This document shows positions 51,911-61,209 of a stretch of DNA of 64,000 nucleotides, piece after piece. Position numbers and translations under genes: made by a program. The number at the start of each line of letters is the position of its first letter. The stretch's first letter is position 1. Below the pieces are notes generated by a model. It had not been told where the DNA came from and did no database searches. It was given only the letters and a program-made list of their open reading frames with translations. This DNA comes from an uncultured Dehalococcoidaceae bacterium (GTDB taxonomy: Bacteria > Chloroflexota > Dehalococcoidia > UBA2979): assembly GCA_964479165.1 (NCBI GenBank), contig CAYZJO010000001.1, positions 829,218 through 893,217 on the forward strand, in the 5' to 3' direction.

Positions 51911-53071
51911 ATGCGCATCCTGCACGTGATTACGCGCTACCTCGGAGGCGGCTCCGAGCGCTCCCTGCTCGCCCAGATGCAGTTTGAGCGGTCCCAGGGC
52001 GATGAAGTCCACCTCGTAGTAGGCCGTGACAGCGAGGTGACCGGGGACGCGCGGGAGTTCTTGGTCGAGACCGTGCCGACGCTGATCCGCGGCGTCGACC
52101 CCATCGCCGATGTGCGCGCCTACCGTGCCCTTCGAGGCCTCATCGCCCGCAACGGCTACGACGTGGTGTTCACGCACCAGTCGAAGGCGGGCGTGTTGGG
52201 TCGACTCGCGGCGCGCGATCGCGCCCGGGGTGTCGCCCACATCGTCGCGATGTCCGCCTTTGGGCCGGGCTACCCGCGACCCGCCTCGATGGTCTTCGAG
52301 CAGGCGGAGCGGCTCTGTGCTCGTTTCACCGACTTCATCGTCCCCGTGGGACAGGAGCTCCGCCGCGACTATCTCGCAGCCGGAGTCGGCTCGGACACGC
52401 AGTATCGGGTCGTACGCTCGCCCATCAAGGTGGACGCCTTCCTCGCGACGCGGATGCTCGACGCGGCGCAACGCGGGGCGTTGAGGACGCAGTTCGCAGT
52501 ACCGAATGGCGCGCGGGTCCTGGTCTCGGTCGGCGCGCTGGAACGCCGCAAGCGGCACGCGCTGCTCATCCGCTCGCTGACGCCGCTGCTCGCCTCGGGC
52601 GCGGCCGTGCTGCTGCTCGCCGGCGACGGTCCCGAACGCGACCGGCTCGAGCGGCTCGTGGCGGAACTCGGGATCGCCCGCCGAGTGCGCTTCCTCGGAC
52701 ACATCCCGAACGTCGATGAGTTGCTGGCGGTCGCCGACCTGTTGGTGCACGCCTCCACCGCGGAGGGCGTGCCGCAGGTTGTCGTCCAGGCGCTCGCCGC
52801 CGCCGTGCCCGTCGTGGCAACGGAGGTGACCGGTCTCCGAGAGGTCGATGGGGCGCCCGTCACGGTCGTTCCCGTGAACGGCGGCGGTCTGCTCGAGGCG
52901 GCCCAGCGCGCCCTCGAGGTCCGCCACGTTCCGCTCCCAGTGGAGTCGTTCGATCAGTGGACGCCTGCCTCGGTGCTGCGCCAGCACGAGGCGTTGCGCG
53001 AGGAACTTCGCGCGCGCGTCCGGGAACGCGCAGGCCGCGTGCCGGTCGGCTCCGGGAGCGTGAGCCGATGA
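51911..53071 (+). CDS. glycosyltransferase family 4
   Basis: In-frame ATG just after the asnB stop. C-terminal GT4 EX7E-like region (STAEGVPQVVVQALAAAVPVVAT). Confidence 0.8.
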   Translation: MRILHVITRYLGGGSERSLLAQMQFERSQGDEVHLVVGRDSEVTGDAREFLVETVPTLIRGVDPIADVRAYRALRGLIARNGYDVVFTHQSKAGVLGRLAARDRARGVAHIVAMSAFGPGYPRPASMVFEQAERLCARFTDFIVPVGQELRRDYLAAGVGSDTQYRVVRSPIKVDAFLATRMLDAAQRGALRTQFAVPNGARVLVSVGALERRKRHALLIRSLTPLLASGAAVLLLAGDGPERDRLERLVAELGIARRVRFLGHIPNVDELLAVADLLVHASTAEGVPQVVVQALAAAVPVVATEVTGLREVDGAPVTVVPVNGGGLLEAAQRALEVRHVPLPVESFDQWTPASVLRQHEALREELRARVRERAGRVPVGSGSVSR

Positions 53072-54312
53072 ACGCGGCACCCGTCGCCGGGTCCCAGGGG
53101 GAGCTGCACGCCCCCGCGCCGAGCCCGTTTTCGCCGACCCTCCCCCGCCGGGTCGTGTTCGTCTCGACGGCACTCACGTACGGAGGAGCCGAGCAGCAAG
53201 TCGCCTACCTCGCGACGGGCATGCGTCGCCGGGGCTGGGACGTCGCCGTCGTCAGCATGACGAAGCCCGAAGCGCACGTGGACGACTTGCGGGCAGCCGG
53301 TGTCACGGTCGTGTCGTTCGGTATGCGGCCAGGAGTGCCGGACCCCCGCGCCGTCATTGGCCTGCGAACCCTCTATCGCTCGTGGCGCCCCTCGATCGTC
53401 CACGCTCACATGGTTCACGCGAACCTGCTTGCTCGCGTTGCCCGGGTCCGGACGGACGTGCCCGTGCTGATCTCGACTGCGCACAACATCAAGGAAGGGC
53501 CCCGCTGGCGCGAGATCGCGTACCGCATGACGGATCGCTTTGCGGACCTGACCACCAACGTCAGCCGCGCTGCCGTCCGTCGCTACGTCGATGTCGGCGT
53601 CGCACCCGCCTCGAAGATGCGTTACCAGCCGAATGGGATCGACCTCGAGCGGTTCCAGCCGCGGCCGGAGGATCGCGAGCGCATTCGCCGCGAGCTCGGG
53701 CTCGGCGAGCGGCCCGTCCTTCTCAACGTCGGCCGGTTCGAGCGGGCGAAGGATCATTCGACGCTCCTGCGCGCGTTTCATTCGCTGCGCCGCACGATTC
53801 CCGAGGCCGTGCTGCTACTCGTGGGCAAGGGCGACCTCCTGCCCGACGTCCAGCGGCAGGCCGAGGCGCTTCGTATGGGTGAGTCCGTCCGCTTCCTCGG
53901 GACGCGCGGCGACGTGCCCACGCTGATGAACGCCGCGGACGTGTACGTGATGTCGTCCTCGTGGGAGGGTTTGCCGCTCGTCCTGCTCGAGGCGTCCGCA
54001 TCCGGCCTCCCGATCATCGCAACCGACGTTGGCGGGAACGCCGAGATCGTGACGCACGAGGTCAGCGGCCTGATCGTCCCGCCGGCGAATGCGCCCGCGC
54101 TGGCGCAGGCCGTCGAGACAGTCCTCAGGCAGACGCCAGCCGAGCGCAGCGCGATGGGCCGCGCCGGCCGCGCGCGCATCGAGGCGGAGTACGACATCGA
54201 GCGAGTGCTGGACGCCTGGGAGTCGCTCTACGCGGAGCTGGCGGAACGTAGCCCGCGCGCACGGCGTGCAACGGGGATGGCGAGTGGTTTGTCGCGAAGG
54301 CGGGACGCATGA
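53068..54312 (+). CDS. glycosyltransferase family 4
   Basis: ATGA overlap with the upstream GT. LTYGGAEQQV N-terminal motif; SSSWEGLPLVLLEASASGLPIIATDVGG. Confidence 0.85.
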   Translation: MNAAPVAGSQGELHAPAPSPFSPTLPRRVVFVSTALTYGGAEQQVAYLATGMRRRGWDVAVVSMTKPEAHVDDLRAAGVTVVSFGMRPGVPDPRAVIGLRTLYRSWRPSIVHAHMVHANLLARVARVRTDVPVLISTAHNIKEGPRWREIAYRMTDRFADLTTNVSRAAVRRYVDVGVAPASKMRYQPNGIDLERFQPRPEDRERIRRELGLGERPVLLNVGRFERAKDHSTLLRAFHSLRRTIPEAVLLLVGKGDLLPDVQRQAEALRMGESVRFLGTRGDVPTLMNAADVYVMSSSWEGLPLVLLEASASGLPIIATDVGGNAEIVTHEVSGLIVPPANAPALAQAVETVLRQTPAERSAMGRAGRARIEAEYDIERVLDAWESLYAELAERSPRARRATGMASGLSRRRDA

Positions 54313-55361
54313 GTCAGTCAGCCACCTGGATCGAGGGCGCCCATCGCGCCGAGATCCTCACAGACTCGGAGATGTGGCAATCGGCTGCCTGGGCCGAGGC
54401 CGTGGACACGGTTCGCAACCTGCAGCAGAAGCGGTCGTGGCAGAACCGCGGAGTCTTTCTCGCCGCGCGCCTGTTCGCCCGGAGGCTGCTCGCGAAGCCG
54501 CCATACCGGGCCGTGCTCACGACCGGCAACCGCACGACGCTCTACTACGGGCTGCTCTGCAAGCTCTTCTTCGTACGCACGGAGCAAGTGGTCGCCCAGC
54601 TGTACCTCGATAGGCGGCCGGGCATCCTGAACGCGCTGCACGACGGCCTGCTGCGCTGGATTCTGCGCAGCGCCCATGGGGTCATCATCACCAGCCGTGG
54701 CGAGGCTCCGGTGGTCGAGAGTCGCTACGGAGTGAGCCAGAGTCGCGTTCGGTTTGTCGCCTATCACACCACGCTGATCGAGCCGGAGAACCTCGGCACC
54801 AACGGTGCGTACGTCTTCGCCGGTGGGCGCAACTACCGCGACTATGAGTCGCTTGTCGCGGCCGTCTCGAATCTCGATGTACCGACCGTGATCGTTTGCG
54901 GCGCAGACCAGCTGCAGGGTGTCACGCTGCCGCCCAACGTCACCGTGCACCGCGAAATCCCGTGGGAGCGCTACATCGAGCTGCTCCGCGGCGCCAGCTT
55001 CGTCGTCGTGCCGCTATCGAGCGCATACGTGCCGGCGGGCCAGGTGGCCATCCTCGAGGCGATGGGCTACGGGAAACCCGTGATCACGAACCGCGTCGTC
55101 GGCACCGTGGACTACGTGCACGACGGCGAGGACGGCCTGCTCTACGAGATGGGCGACATCGCAGGGTTGGCGCACTCCATCTCGAGGCTGGCCGAGGACC
55201 AGGAACTGCGGGCTCGACTCGGCAAGTCCGCGTTCGACGCCGTGGTGAACGAGTTCACCTTCGAGCGCCACGTGGCGGCGAAGCTCGCCGCGATCCGCGA
55301 CCTCGCAGGGATGGCGGAGGGAGGGCCGACCAATAGCAACAACCCGGTTACGTTGCGTTAA
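54309..55361 (+). CDS. glycosyltransferase (GT1/GT4-like C-terminal domain)
   Basis: ATGA overlap. C-terminal AILEAMGYGKPVITNRVVGTVDYVHDGEDGLL GT-B donor-binding pattern. Confidence 0.7.
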   Translation: MSQSATWIEGAHRAEILTDSEMWQSAAWAEAVDTVRNLQQKRSWQNRGVFLAARLFARRLLAKPPYRAVLTTGNRTTLYYGLLCKLFFVRTEQVVAQLYLDRRPGILNALHDGLLRWILRSAHGVIITSRGEAPVVESRYGVSQSRVRFVAYHTTLIEPENLGTNGAYVFAGGRNYRDYESLVAAVSNLDVPTVIVCGADQLQGVTLPPNVTVHREIPWERYIELLRGASFVVVPLSSAYVPAGQVAILEAMGYGKPVITNRVVGTVDYVHDGEDGLLYEMGDIAGLAHSISRLAEDQELRARLGKSAFDAVVNEFTFERHVAAKLAAIRDLAGMAEGGPTNSNNPVTLR

Positions 55362-55468
55362 CGCCCGGCCTCGTACACTCGCCTCCCCGGATGGCTTCCG
55401 GCGGCCGGAGGCGGTCAAACCCCATCCATGAGTATTCGCTCGGGCCGGTTCATCCGGCCTGAAACCAG

Positions 55469-56275
55469 TTGCAGTCGACGGAGGACACGGCTTTGGCCAA
55501 GGTGAAGAAGAAGGTCGGCATCATCGGGCTTGGAGCCGTGGGCAAGGGCGTTCACACCCTGTTCCCGGACGCGGCCGTCTACGATGAGCCGCTCGGTGTC
55601 GGCACGCGCGAGGCGATCAACGAGTGCGACTTCGCGTTCATCGCCGTCCCGACTCCGCAAGGTGAGGATGGCTCCTGCGACACCTCGATCATCGAGGACG
55701 TCATTTCCTGGTGCGAGGCTGGGGTCATCATCATCCGCTCGACCGTGTCGGTCGGGTCGACGGACCGCCTGCGGCAGGAGACCGGCAAGCGCATCGTCTT
55801 CCAGCCGGAGTACGGACCCGGCGAGACTCCGGACCACCCTTTCCAGGACGTCCGCGACATCCGCTGGATCATCCTCGGGGGACGCCGCGAGGACACCGTG
55901 CCGGTGGCTGACCTCTACAAGCACGCCTTCAACTCGAACATCGCGCTGCACCAGACGGACGCGCGCACGGCAGAGCTTACGAAGTACATGGAGAACTGCT
56001 TCCTCGCGCTGAAGGTCACCTTCTGCAACGAGTTCTACGGGATGGCCGAGGTCCTGGGCGTCGACTACAACGAGCTCCGAGAGCTTTGGCTGCTGGATCC
56101 GCGCATGAGCCGCAGCCACACCTGGGTGCTCCCGGACGAGCGCGGCTTCGGAGGGAAGTGCCTGCCGAAGGACGTCTCCGCGATGGTCCGGACGGCCGAG
56201 CAGGCCGGCTACGACGCCTCGCTGCTGCGCGCCACCCTCGAGACCAACAAGGTCATGCGGGCACTCAACGACTAG
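55469..56275 (+). CDS. UDP-glucose/GDP-mannose dehydrogenase family protein, short form (268 aa; lacks most of the C-terminal UDP-sugar-binding domain)
   Basis: Rossmann GIIGLGAVG; catalytic Cys motif GGKCLPKD near the C-terminus. TTG/GTG start after GGAGG; an alternative TTG start is at 55493. Confidence 0.65.
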   Translation: MQSTEDTALAKVKKKVGIIGLGAVGKGVHTLFPDAAVYDEPLGVGTREAINECDFAFIAVPTPQGEDGSCDTSIIEDVISWCEAGVIIIRSTVSVGSTDRLRQETGKRIVFQPEYGPGETPDHPFQDVRDIRWIILGGRREDTVPVADLYKHAFNSNIALHQTDARTAELTKYMENCFLALKVTFCNEFYGMAEVLGVDYNELRELWLLDPRMSRSHTWVLPDERGFGGKCLPKDVSAMVRTAEQAGYDASLLRATLETNKVMRALND

Positions 56276-56290
56276 CGGCGAGCCGCAGGC

Positions 56291-56320
56291 GATGCGAAGA
56301 CGAGGGGGCGCCAGCCCCCT
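56291..56320. terminator. bidirectional rho-independent terminator between convergent genes
   Basis: CGAGGGGGC-gcca-GCCCCCTCG is a perfect 9-bp stem, followed by TTTCACGTCCGTTCGTT. Confidence 0.65.
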
Positions 56321-56337
56321 CGTTTCACGTCCGTTCG

Positions 56338-57483
56338 TTAGCGATGGGTGGTGAGGATCGCGCGGTACTCTTGCTCGATACGCGACACGACTGACGCGAT
56401 CGAGAAGCGCTCGTCGATGGTGCGTGCAGCGGACTCGCCGAGCCGTCTGCGCAGCGCCAGGTCCGTGCAGAGCCGCCACACCGCCTCGCCGAGTTCGGCA
56501 GGCGCGGCGGGAGGTACGAGCAGACCGCTCGTGCCGTCGCTGACCACATCCTCCGCAGCGCCGACTCTCGTTGCGACAGGGGCGACTCCGGCCGTCATCG
56601 CCTCGAGCAGCACGTTCGACATCCCCTCGGAGTGTGAAGGGAGAACGAAGACGTCGGCCGCCTGGAGGTACGGACGCACGTCTGAGGCCCAGTCGCGTAT
56701 CAGGATCGAATCGCGTGCCAGCGGCCGTTCGAGTTGTTCCTCTGGCGGGTGGTCCTGCCGGTACCCCACCAGGACGAGCCTCGAATCCGGCGGAGGGTTC
56801 TCATCCCAGGCCGCGATCAGATCTTGGACGCCCTTGTAGCGTGAGAAGCGACCGAGGTAGACCGCGAGCGTCCCGTCGGCCGGAAGGCCGAGGCTCGTCC
56901 GCGCTTCCTCCTTCGAGCGCGGGTTCGCTCGCAGACCGTCGACGTCGACGCCGTTCGGGATGCGCGCGATCCGCTCGCTCCGAACACCCACCGAGCGCAG
57001 TTCGCCGGCGATCTCCTCAGAGAGCGCCTGGACACGCGCCGCTCGTCGGAGACCGAAGTAGCGCGTGAACCGCGCGAAGCGACGCAGTCGCGCCACCTCA
57101 CCGCTCTCGCCCCCGGCCGCGATCTTCACGTAGACGGGCCGTCGGAGCAGCAGCCCGAGCCCGACGATGGGTTCCACGTACACGCCAGCCAGATGTACGT
57201 GCACGAGGTCGAACGAGCGCAGGCGAGTGAGGAGGTAGCCGGCGAGGCTGGCGAGGAACGTCACGGTCCGGAACGGGTGCCGGTCGATGATGGGGAGCCG
57301 GCGCACGAAGACGCCGTTCACCGTTCCGCTGCTGCTCCCGCCGGCGCGAGGACAGATCACGGTCACTCGGTGGCCCCGACGCGCCAGCTCCTCGGCCTGC
57401 AGGCGTGCCTGGTGTTCGGCGCCGCCTGCGGGCACGGGGTAGTACTGCCAAGTGACGAAGAGCACCCGCAGCGGCGTGACCAC
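56338..57483 (-). CDS. glycosyltransferase family 4
   Basis: VLFVTWQYYPVPAGGAEHQARLQAEELARRGHRVTV; FVLPSHSEGMSNVLLEAM. Paralogous to 60081..61202. Confidence 0.85.
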   Translation of the reverse strand: MVTPLRVLFVTWQYYPVPAGGAEHQARLQAEELARRGHRVTVICPRAGGSSSGTVNGVFVRRLPIIDRHPFRTVTFLASLAGYLLTRLRSFDLVHVHLAGVYVEPIVGLGLLLRRPVYVKIAAGGESGEVARLRRFARFTRYFGLRRAARVQALSEEIAGELRSVGVRSERIARIPNGVDVDGLRANPRSKEEARTSLGLPADGTLAVYLGRFSRYKGVQDLIAAWDENPPPDSRLVLVGYRQDHPPEEQLERPLARDSILIRDWASDVRPYLQAADVFVLPSHSEGMSNVLLEAMTAGVAPVATRVGAAEDVVSDGTSGLLVPPAAPAELGEAVWRLCTDLALRRRLGESAARTIDERFSIASVVSRIEQEYRAILTTHR

Positions 57484-57500
57484 CTCAGGAGCCCATTACG

Positions 57501-58478
57501 CTAGACGGGCAGGATGCTGAAGACGGCGTTCTGGTTAACGGACTCCAGGTCCCACTCCGCGAGAAGCGCCATTCGGGTGACGTCATAGGCCGCGACCCTG
57601 GTCGGCAGCTCGGCGTGAGCGCCCACGCGCTGGAAGCGGTGCCGCACCCACGACACGTTCCGCCTGATGTTGGTCTGTCGGAGGCGCGTGAAGCCGACGT
57701 AGGCAACGCCGTCCACGAACGTCAGCCCGCGGCACCAGCCCAGCGGTTGACCCCGGGTGTCGATAGCGTTCAGGTCGATCCGCTCGTTGACCTCACCGGT
57801 CGAGGGGTTCGCGCGGACCAGCCAGCCGTTGACGGTGGTGAACCACACCTCACCCTCGTGGACCACGCCGTCGTGCGGCATGCCCACCTCGATCGGGATG
57901 CGCAGTTCGGGGCGGTCGAGGCAGATGGCGTCACGCTGCTCGAAACGAGTGGCCCAAATGCCCTCGTCCGTGTGGAAGACGTAGTTCGGATGCGCAGCGT
58001 GCGGCTTCGTCGTGGGAATGAGCCGGTAATCGGTCTCTGGGCCGAAGCGGTCCCAGACGTCACCCTCGAGGACGTAGCGATACTCCGGCGGCTCGCCTTC
58101 CTCCGACATCACGATCACGCAGTCGAGGCCGGTCGAGACGACGTGCACGCGCCCATTGATCCGTGCTGCGTGGTGAACGTCGTTGAAGGACGGCTCCGAG
58201 TAGCGATGCCGCAGTTCGAGTGTGTTGGGATCGAGGCTCAGCACCTCGGTCTGCGTGGTCAGCAGCAGTTCATCCGGCGTGATCGACGCACATTTGAAGA
58301 CGTGACTCGGGTCCTCCGGAGGGCACAGCTCGGGCGGCGTCTGGTGGCGAAGGCGGAGGGTGACGGCGCCGGTGGCCGTATCGAGTTCGGCGAGCTGAGC
58401 CTCCTCGTAGAGGTTCCACTCGCGTCGACCGAGCGTGCTCAGGCGCTGACGCCCTCCGGGGATCATGAATTTGGGCAT
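57501..58478 (-). CDS. conserved hypothetical protein (possible beta-propeller fold) embedded in the polysaccharide locus
   Basis: No recognised catalytic motif; repeated beta-strand-like pattern. Compositionally native. Confidence 0.55.
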   Translation of the reverse strand: MPKFMIPGGRQRLSTLGRREWNLYEEAQLAELDTATGAVTLRLRHQTPPELCPPEDPSHVFKCASITPDELLLTTQTEVLSLDPNTLELRHRYSEPSFNDVHHAARINGRVHVVSTGLDCVIVMSEEGEPPEYRYVLEGDVWDRFGPETDYRLIPTTKPHAAHPNYVFHTDEGIWATRFEQRDAICLDRPELRIPIEVGMPHDGVVHEGEVWFTTVNGWLVRANPSTGEVNERIDLNAIDTRGQPLGWCRGLTFVDGVAYVGFTRLRQTNIRRNVSWVRHRFQRVGAHAELPTRVAAYDVTRMALLAEWDLESVNQNAVFSILPV

Positions 58479-58660
58479 GGCATGTTCTGTCGTTGCTAAG
58501 CCTGATTCGTAACGGAGTTCGTGTCAGAGTAACGATCACGTTCAGCCTACGCTCGCGAGCATCAATGATCAGTAACGGCGAGGAACGGGCGCGAATGGCG
58601 TCTATCGCACAGGGACCAGGGAAGCCATCCTGTGGTCGCTGCACGAAAGAGGGAACGAAC

Positions 58661-60040
58661 GTGCATTCGACTGTCGGGCGTTTGACTGCGCCCGTGTACT
58701 ACCGCTGGTTTCACCATCGCCGCGAGCCGCGACGCGATCGCATCCGTCGTGCCCTGCTGCAATCGCAGTTCTGGGGGTACGACGATCTGCGCGGGCTGCA
58801 GGAGCGCAAGCTGCGGCGGCTCTTCGCACAGGCATCGAGAACGAGCAGCTGGTATCGAGAGCGGCTGGGGGACCTGCCGGCTCCCGACCGCGTCCAGCTC
58901 GACGACCTCGCCCGCCTGCCCATCCTCGAGAAGGCCGACCTGCAGCAGCACCTTGATGAGATCACCGGCGATGGACGCCTGATCCCGGGCGTGTTCGAGG
59001 AGTTCAGCGGCGGGTCCACCGGTGCTCCGGTGCGGTTGTTCCACACGAGCGAGCACTTCGCCTACGCCAACGCCGAGATCGAACGTGACTTCTCGATGTG
59101 CAACGGCTACACGATCGGGGAGCCGCGAGCCTTCGTCTGGGGGGCCCCTCGCGACGAGCGGAGCCTCGCCCGCTGGAAGGATGCCGTGCAGAACCGCCTA
59201 TGGCTCGGCGGCCTCGCCGTCGAGGGCGCGGACGTCCATGCGTACATCGCCCGGCTGCGCTCGTTCGGGCCGAGGCTGCTCGTGGGCTACGTGTCGATCC
59301 TCCTCGAGTTGGCTCGTGAGATGGACCGGCCACTCGAGGGGCTCCGAGCCGTGCAGTCCTCCGCGGAGACGCTGACCGACGAGTACCGCAAGGTGATCGG
59401 TGAGGCCTTCGGGGCTCCCGTGTACAACCGCTACGGTGCACGCGAGGTCGGCAACCTGGCGCACGAGTGCGACGAGCACTCCGGGCTCCACCTGCTGATG
59501 GAGAACAACATCGTCGAGATCGTGGATGCAGACGGCCGCCCGCTGACCGAACCGGGTGACGAGGGCGATGTTGTGGTCACGAACCTGAATAACTTCGCGA
59601 CGCCGCTGATTCGCTACCGCCTCGGCGATGTGGCACGGGTGGGCGAGCGCGAATGCCGCTGCGGGCGGGGTTCGCCGTTGCTCGCGTCAATCCTTGGCCG
59701 CACGTCGGGGATGATCGTGACCCCCTCGGGACGGCGCCTCCACGGCGAGTTCTTCACCCACCTTTTCTACGGCCTCCCTGTGCGCCAGTTCCGCGTCGAG
59801 CAGGTCACCGAGACCGAGCTCGCAATCGACGTGGTGCCGGACGCGGGATACGGCGAGGATGTCCGCGACCGGGTCACGCGCTCCATCTACGATGAGGGCG
59901 ACTCGCGGTTCGTTGTGGATTGGCGGGAGGTGGACGAACTGACTCCGAGTGCCTCCGGGAAGTTCCACTTCACCACCAGCCGCCTGAGCAGCGCTCCGGA
60001 TGCGGCCGTGGCGACCTCCGTTGGCCACGACGGCTCGTAG
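58661..60040 (+). CDS. phenylacetate-CoA ligase family adenylate-forming enzyme (PaaK/CapK/F390-synthetase-like)
   Basis: GTG start 6 nt after AAGAGGGA. FSGGSTGAPV adenylation motif; YRLGD...GRTSGMI C-terminal region. Confidence 0.75.
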   Translation: MHSTVGRLTAPVYYRWFHHRREPRRDRIRRALLQSQFWGYDDLRGLQERKLRRLFAQASRTSSWYRERLGDLPAPDRVQLDDLARLPILEKADLQQHLDEITGDGRLIPGVFEEFSGGSTGAPVRLFHTSEHFAYANAEIERDFSMCNGYTIGEPRAFVWGAPRDERSLARWKDAVQNRLWLGGLAVEGADVHAYIARLRSFGPRLLVGYVSILLELAREMDRPLEGLRAVQSSAETLTDEYRKVIGEAFGAPVYNRYGAREVGNLAHECDEHSGLHLLMENNIVEIVDADGRPLTEPGDEGDVVVTNLNNFATPLIRYRLGDVARVGERECRCGRGSPLLASILGRTSGMIVTPSGRRLHGEFFTHLFYGLPVRQFRVEQVTETELAIDVVPDAGYGEDVRDRVTRSIYDEGDSRFVVDWREVDELTPSASGKFHFTTSRLSSAPDAAVATSVGHDGS

Positions 60041-60080
60041 CCAGGCGGGGTCCGTGGAAGATCGTCGTACCGGGGCCGGT

Positions 60081-61202
60081 GTGCGCGTCCTGTTCTGCAC
60101 GCTCAACTACGCGCCGGGGGCGGTGGGCGGCGCCGAGCACCAGGCTCGCCTGCAGGCCGAGGAGCTGGTCCGGCGCGGTTATCGCGTCACGGTCGTCTGT
60201 CCTCGTGAACCGGGTACCCACTCGGGGACGTTGAACGGCGTCGAAGTGCGACGCCTTCCGGTGCGGTGGGTTGGCAAGTTCCGTCGCCCCTCGCACGCGG
60301 GGCTACTCTTCGCGTTCCTGGTGCGCAACCTCCACCGTTTCGACCTGGTGCACATCCACATGGCGGGACTCCAGACGGAGGTCGTCGCCCCGCTCGCTGC
60401 CCTGTTCCGCAAGCCCGTCTACGTGAAGATGGCGGCCGGCGGTCGAGGTGGCGACCTGTCGAACTTCGCTGGCATCCCGCGCCGGCTGCAGGGCGCCGGG
60501 CTGCGACGTGCCTCCCGCGTCCAGGCGATCTCCGACGAGATCCGCGGGGAGATCCTCGGGCTCGGGCTCCCGCCCGACCGCGTTGTATCGATTCCGAACG
60601 GGATCGACACCACGCGCTTCTCACCCGCCACGCCCGAGGACAAAGCCGCGGCGCGGTCGCGCCTCGGCATCCCCGTCGACGAGACAGTGGTGCTGTTCGT
60701 TGGGCGCTTCCATCCGGTGAAGGGCATCGCTGAGCTGCTCACGGTCTGGGACGACCCGGAGCTCGCCCCCGATGCGCGGCTGCTGCTCGTGGGCGGCACC
60801 GAGTGGAGCATGCTCGCCGACACCGTCAAGTCGACCGAGCGCATCGACGCCCGCGAGTGGACGCCCGCGATCGAGGACTGCTACCGCGCCGCGGATGTCT
60901 TCGTGCTGCCATCCCACACTGAAGGCATGTCGAACGCACTGCTCGAGTCGATGGCCTGCGGTGTGCCCGCGGTCGCGACTCGCGTTGGGGCCGCCGAGGC
61001 CATGGTCACGGACGGCGAGAGCGCGCTGCTGATCGACCCGCGCGACGTGCCCGCGCTATCGAAGGCACTGCGGACGCTCGTGGGCGACGCGGAGCTGCGG
61101 CAACGCATCGGCGATGCTGCCCACGAGCGCGCCCAGGCCTACTCGATCGGCTCCGTGATCGACCGGATCACAGCCCAGTATGACGAGTTGCTCGCGCGCT
61201 GA
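60081..61202 (+). CDS. glycosyltransferase family 4
   Basis: GTG start (VRVLFCTLNYAPGAVGGAEHQARLQAEELVRRGYRVTV); FVLPSHTEGMSNALLESM. About 50% identical by eye to 56338..57483. Confidence 0.8.
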   Translation: MRVLFCTLNYAPGAVGGAEHQARLQAEELVRRGYRVTVVCPREPGTHSGTLNGVEVRRLPVRWVGKFRRPSHAGLLFAFLVRNLHRFDLVHIHMAGLQTEVVAPLAALFRKPVYVKMAAGGRGGDLSNFAGIPRRLQGAGLRRASRVQAISDEIRGEILGLGLPPDRVVSIPNGIDTTRFSPATPEDKAAARSRLGIPVDETVVLFVGRFHPVKGIAELLTVWDDPELAPDARLLLVGGTEWSMLADTVKSTERIDAREWTPAIEDCYRAADVFVLPSHTEGMSNALLESMACGVPAVATRVGAAEAMVTDGESALLIDPRDVPALSKALRTLVGDAELRQRIGDAAHERAQAYSIGSVIDRITAQYDELLAR

Positions 61203-61209
61203 AAGCCGC

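Noticed and set aside
51812-53173. 453-aa - strand ORF
   Set aside because: Antisense to the GT4 gene at 51911..53071.
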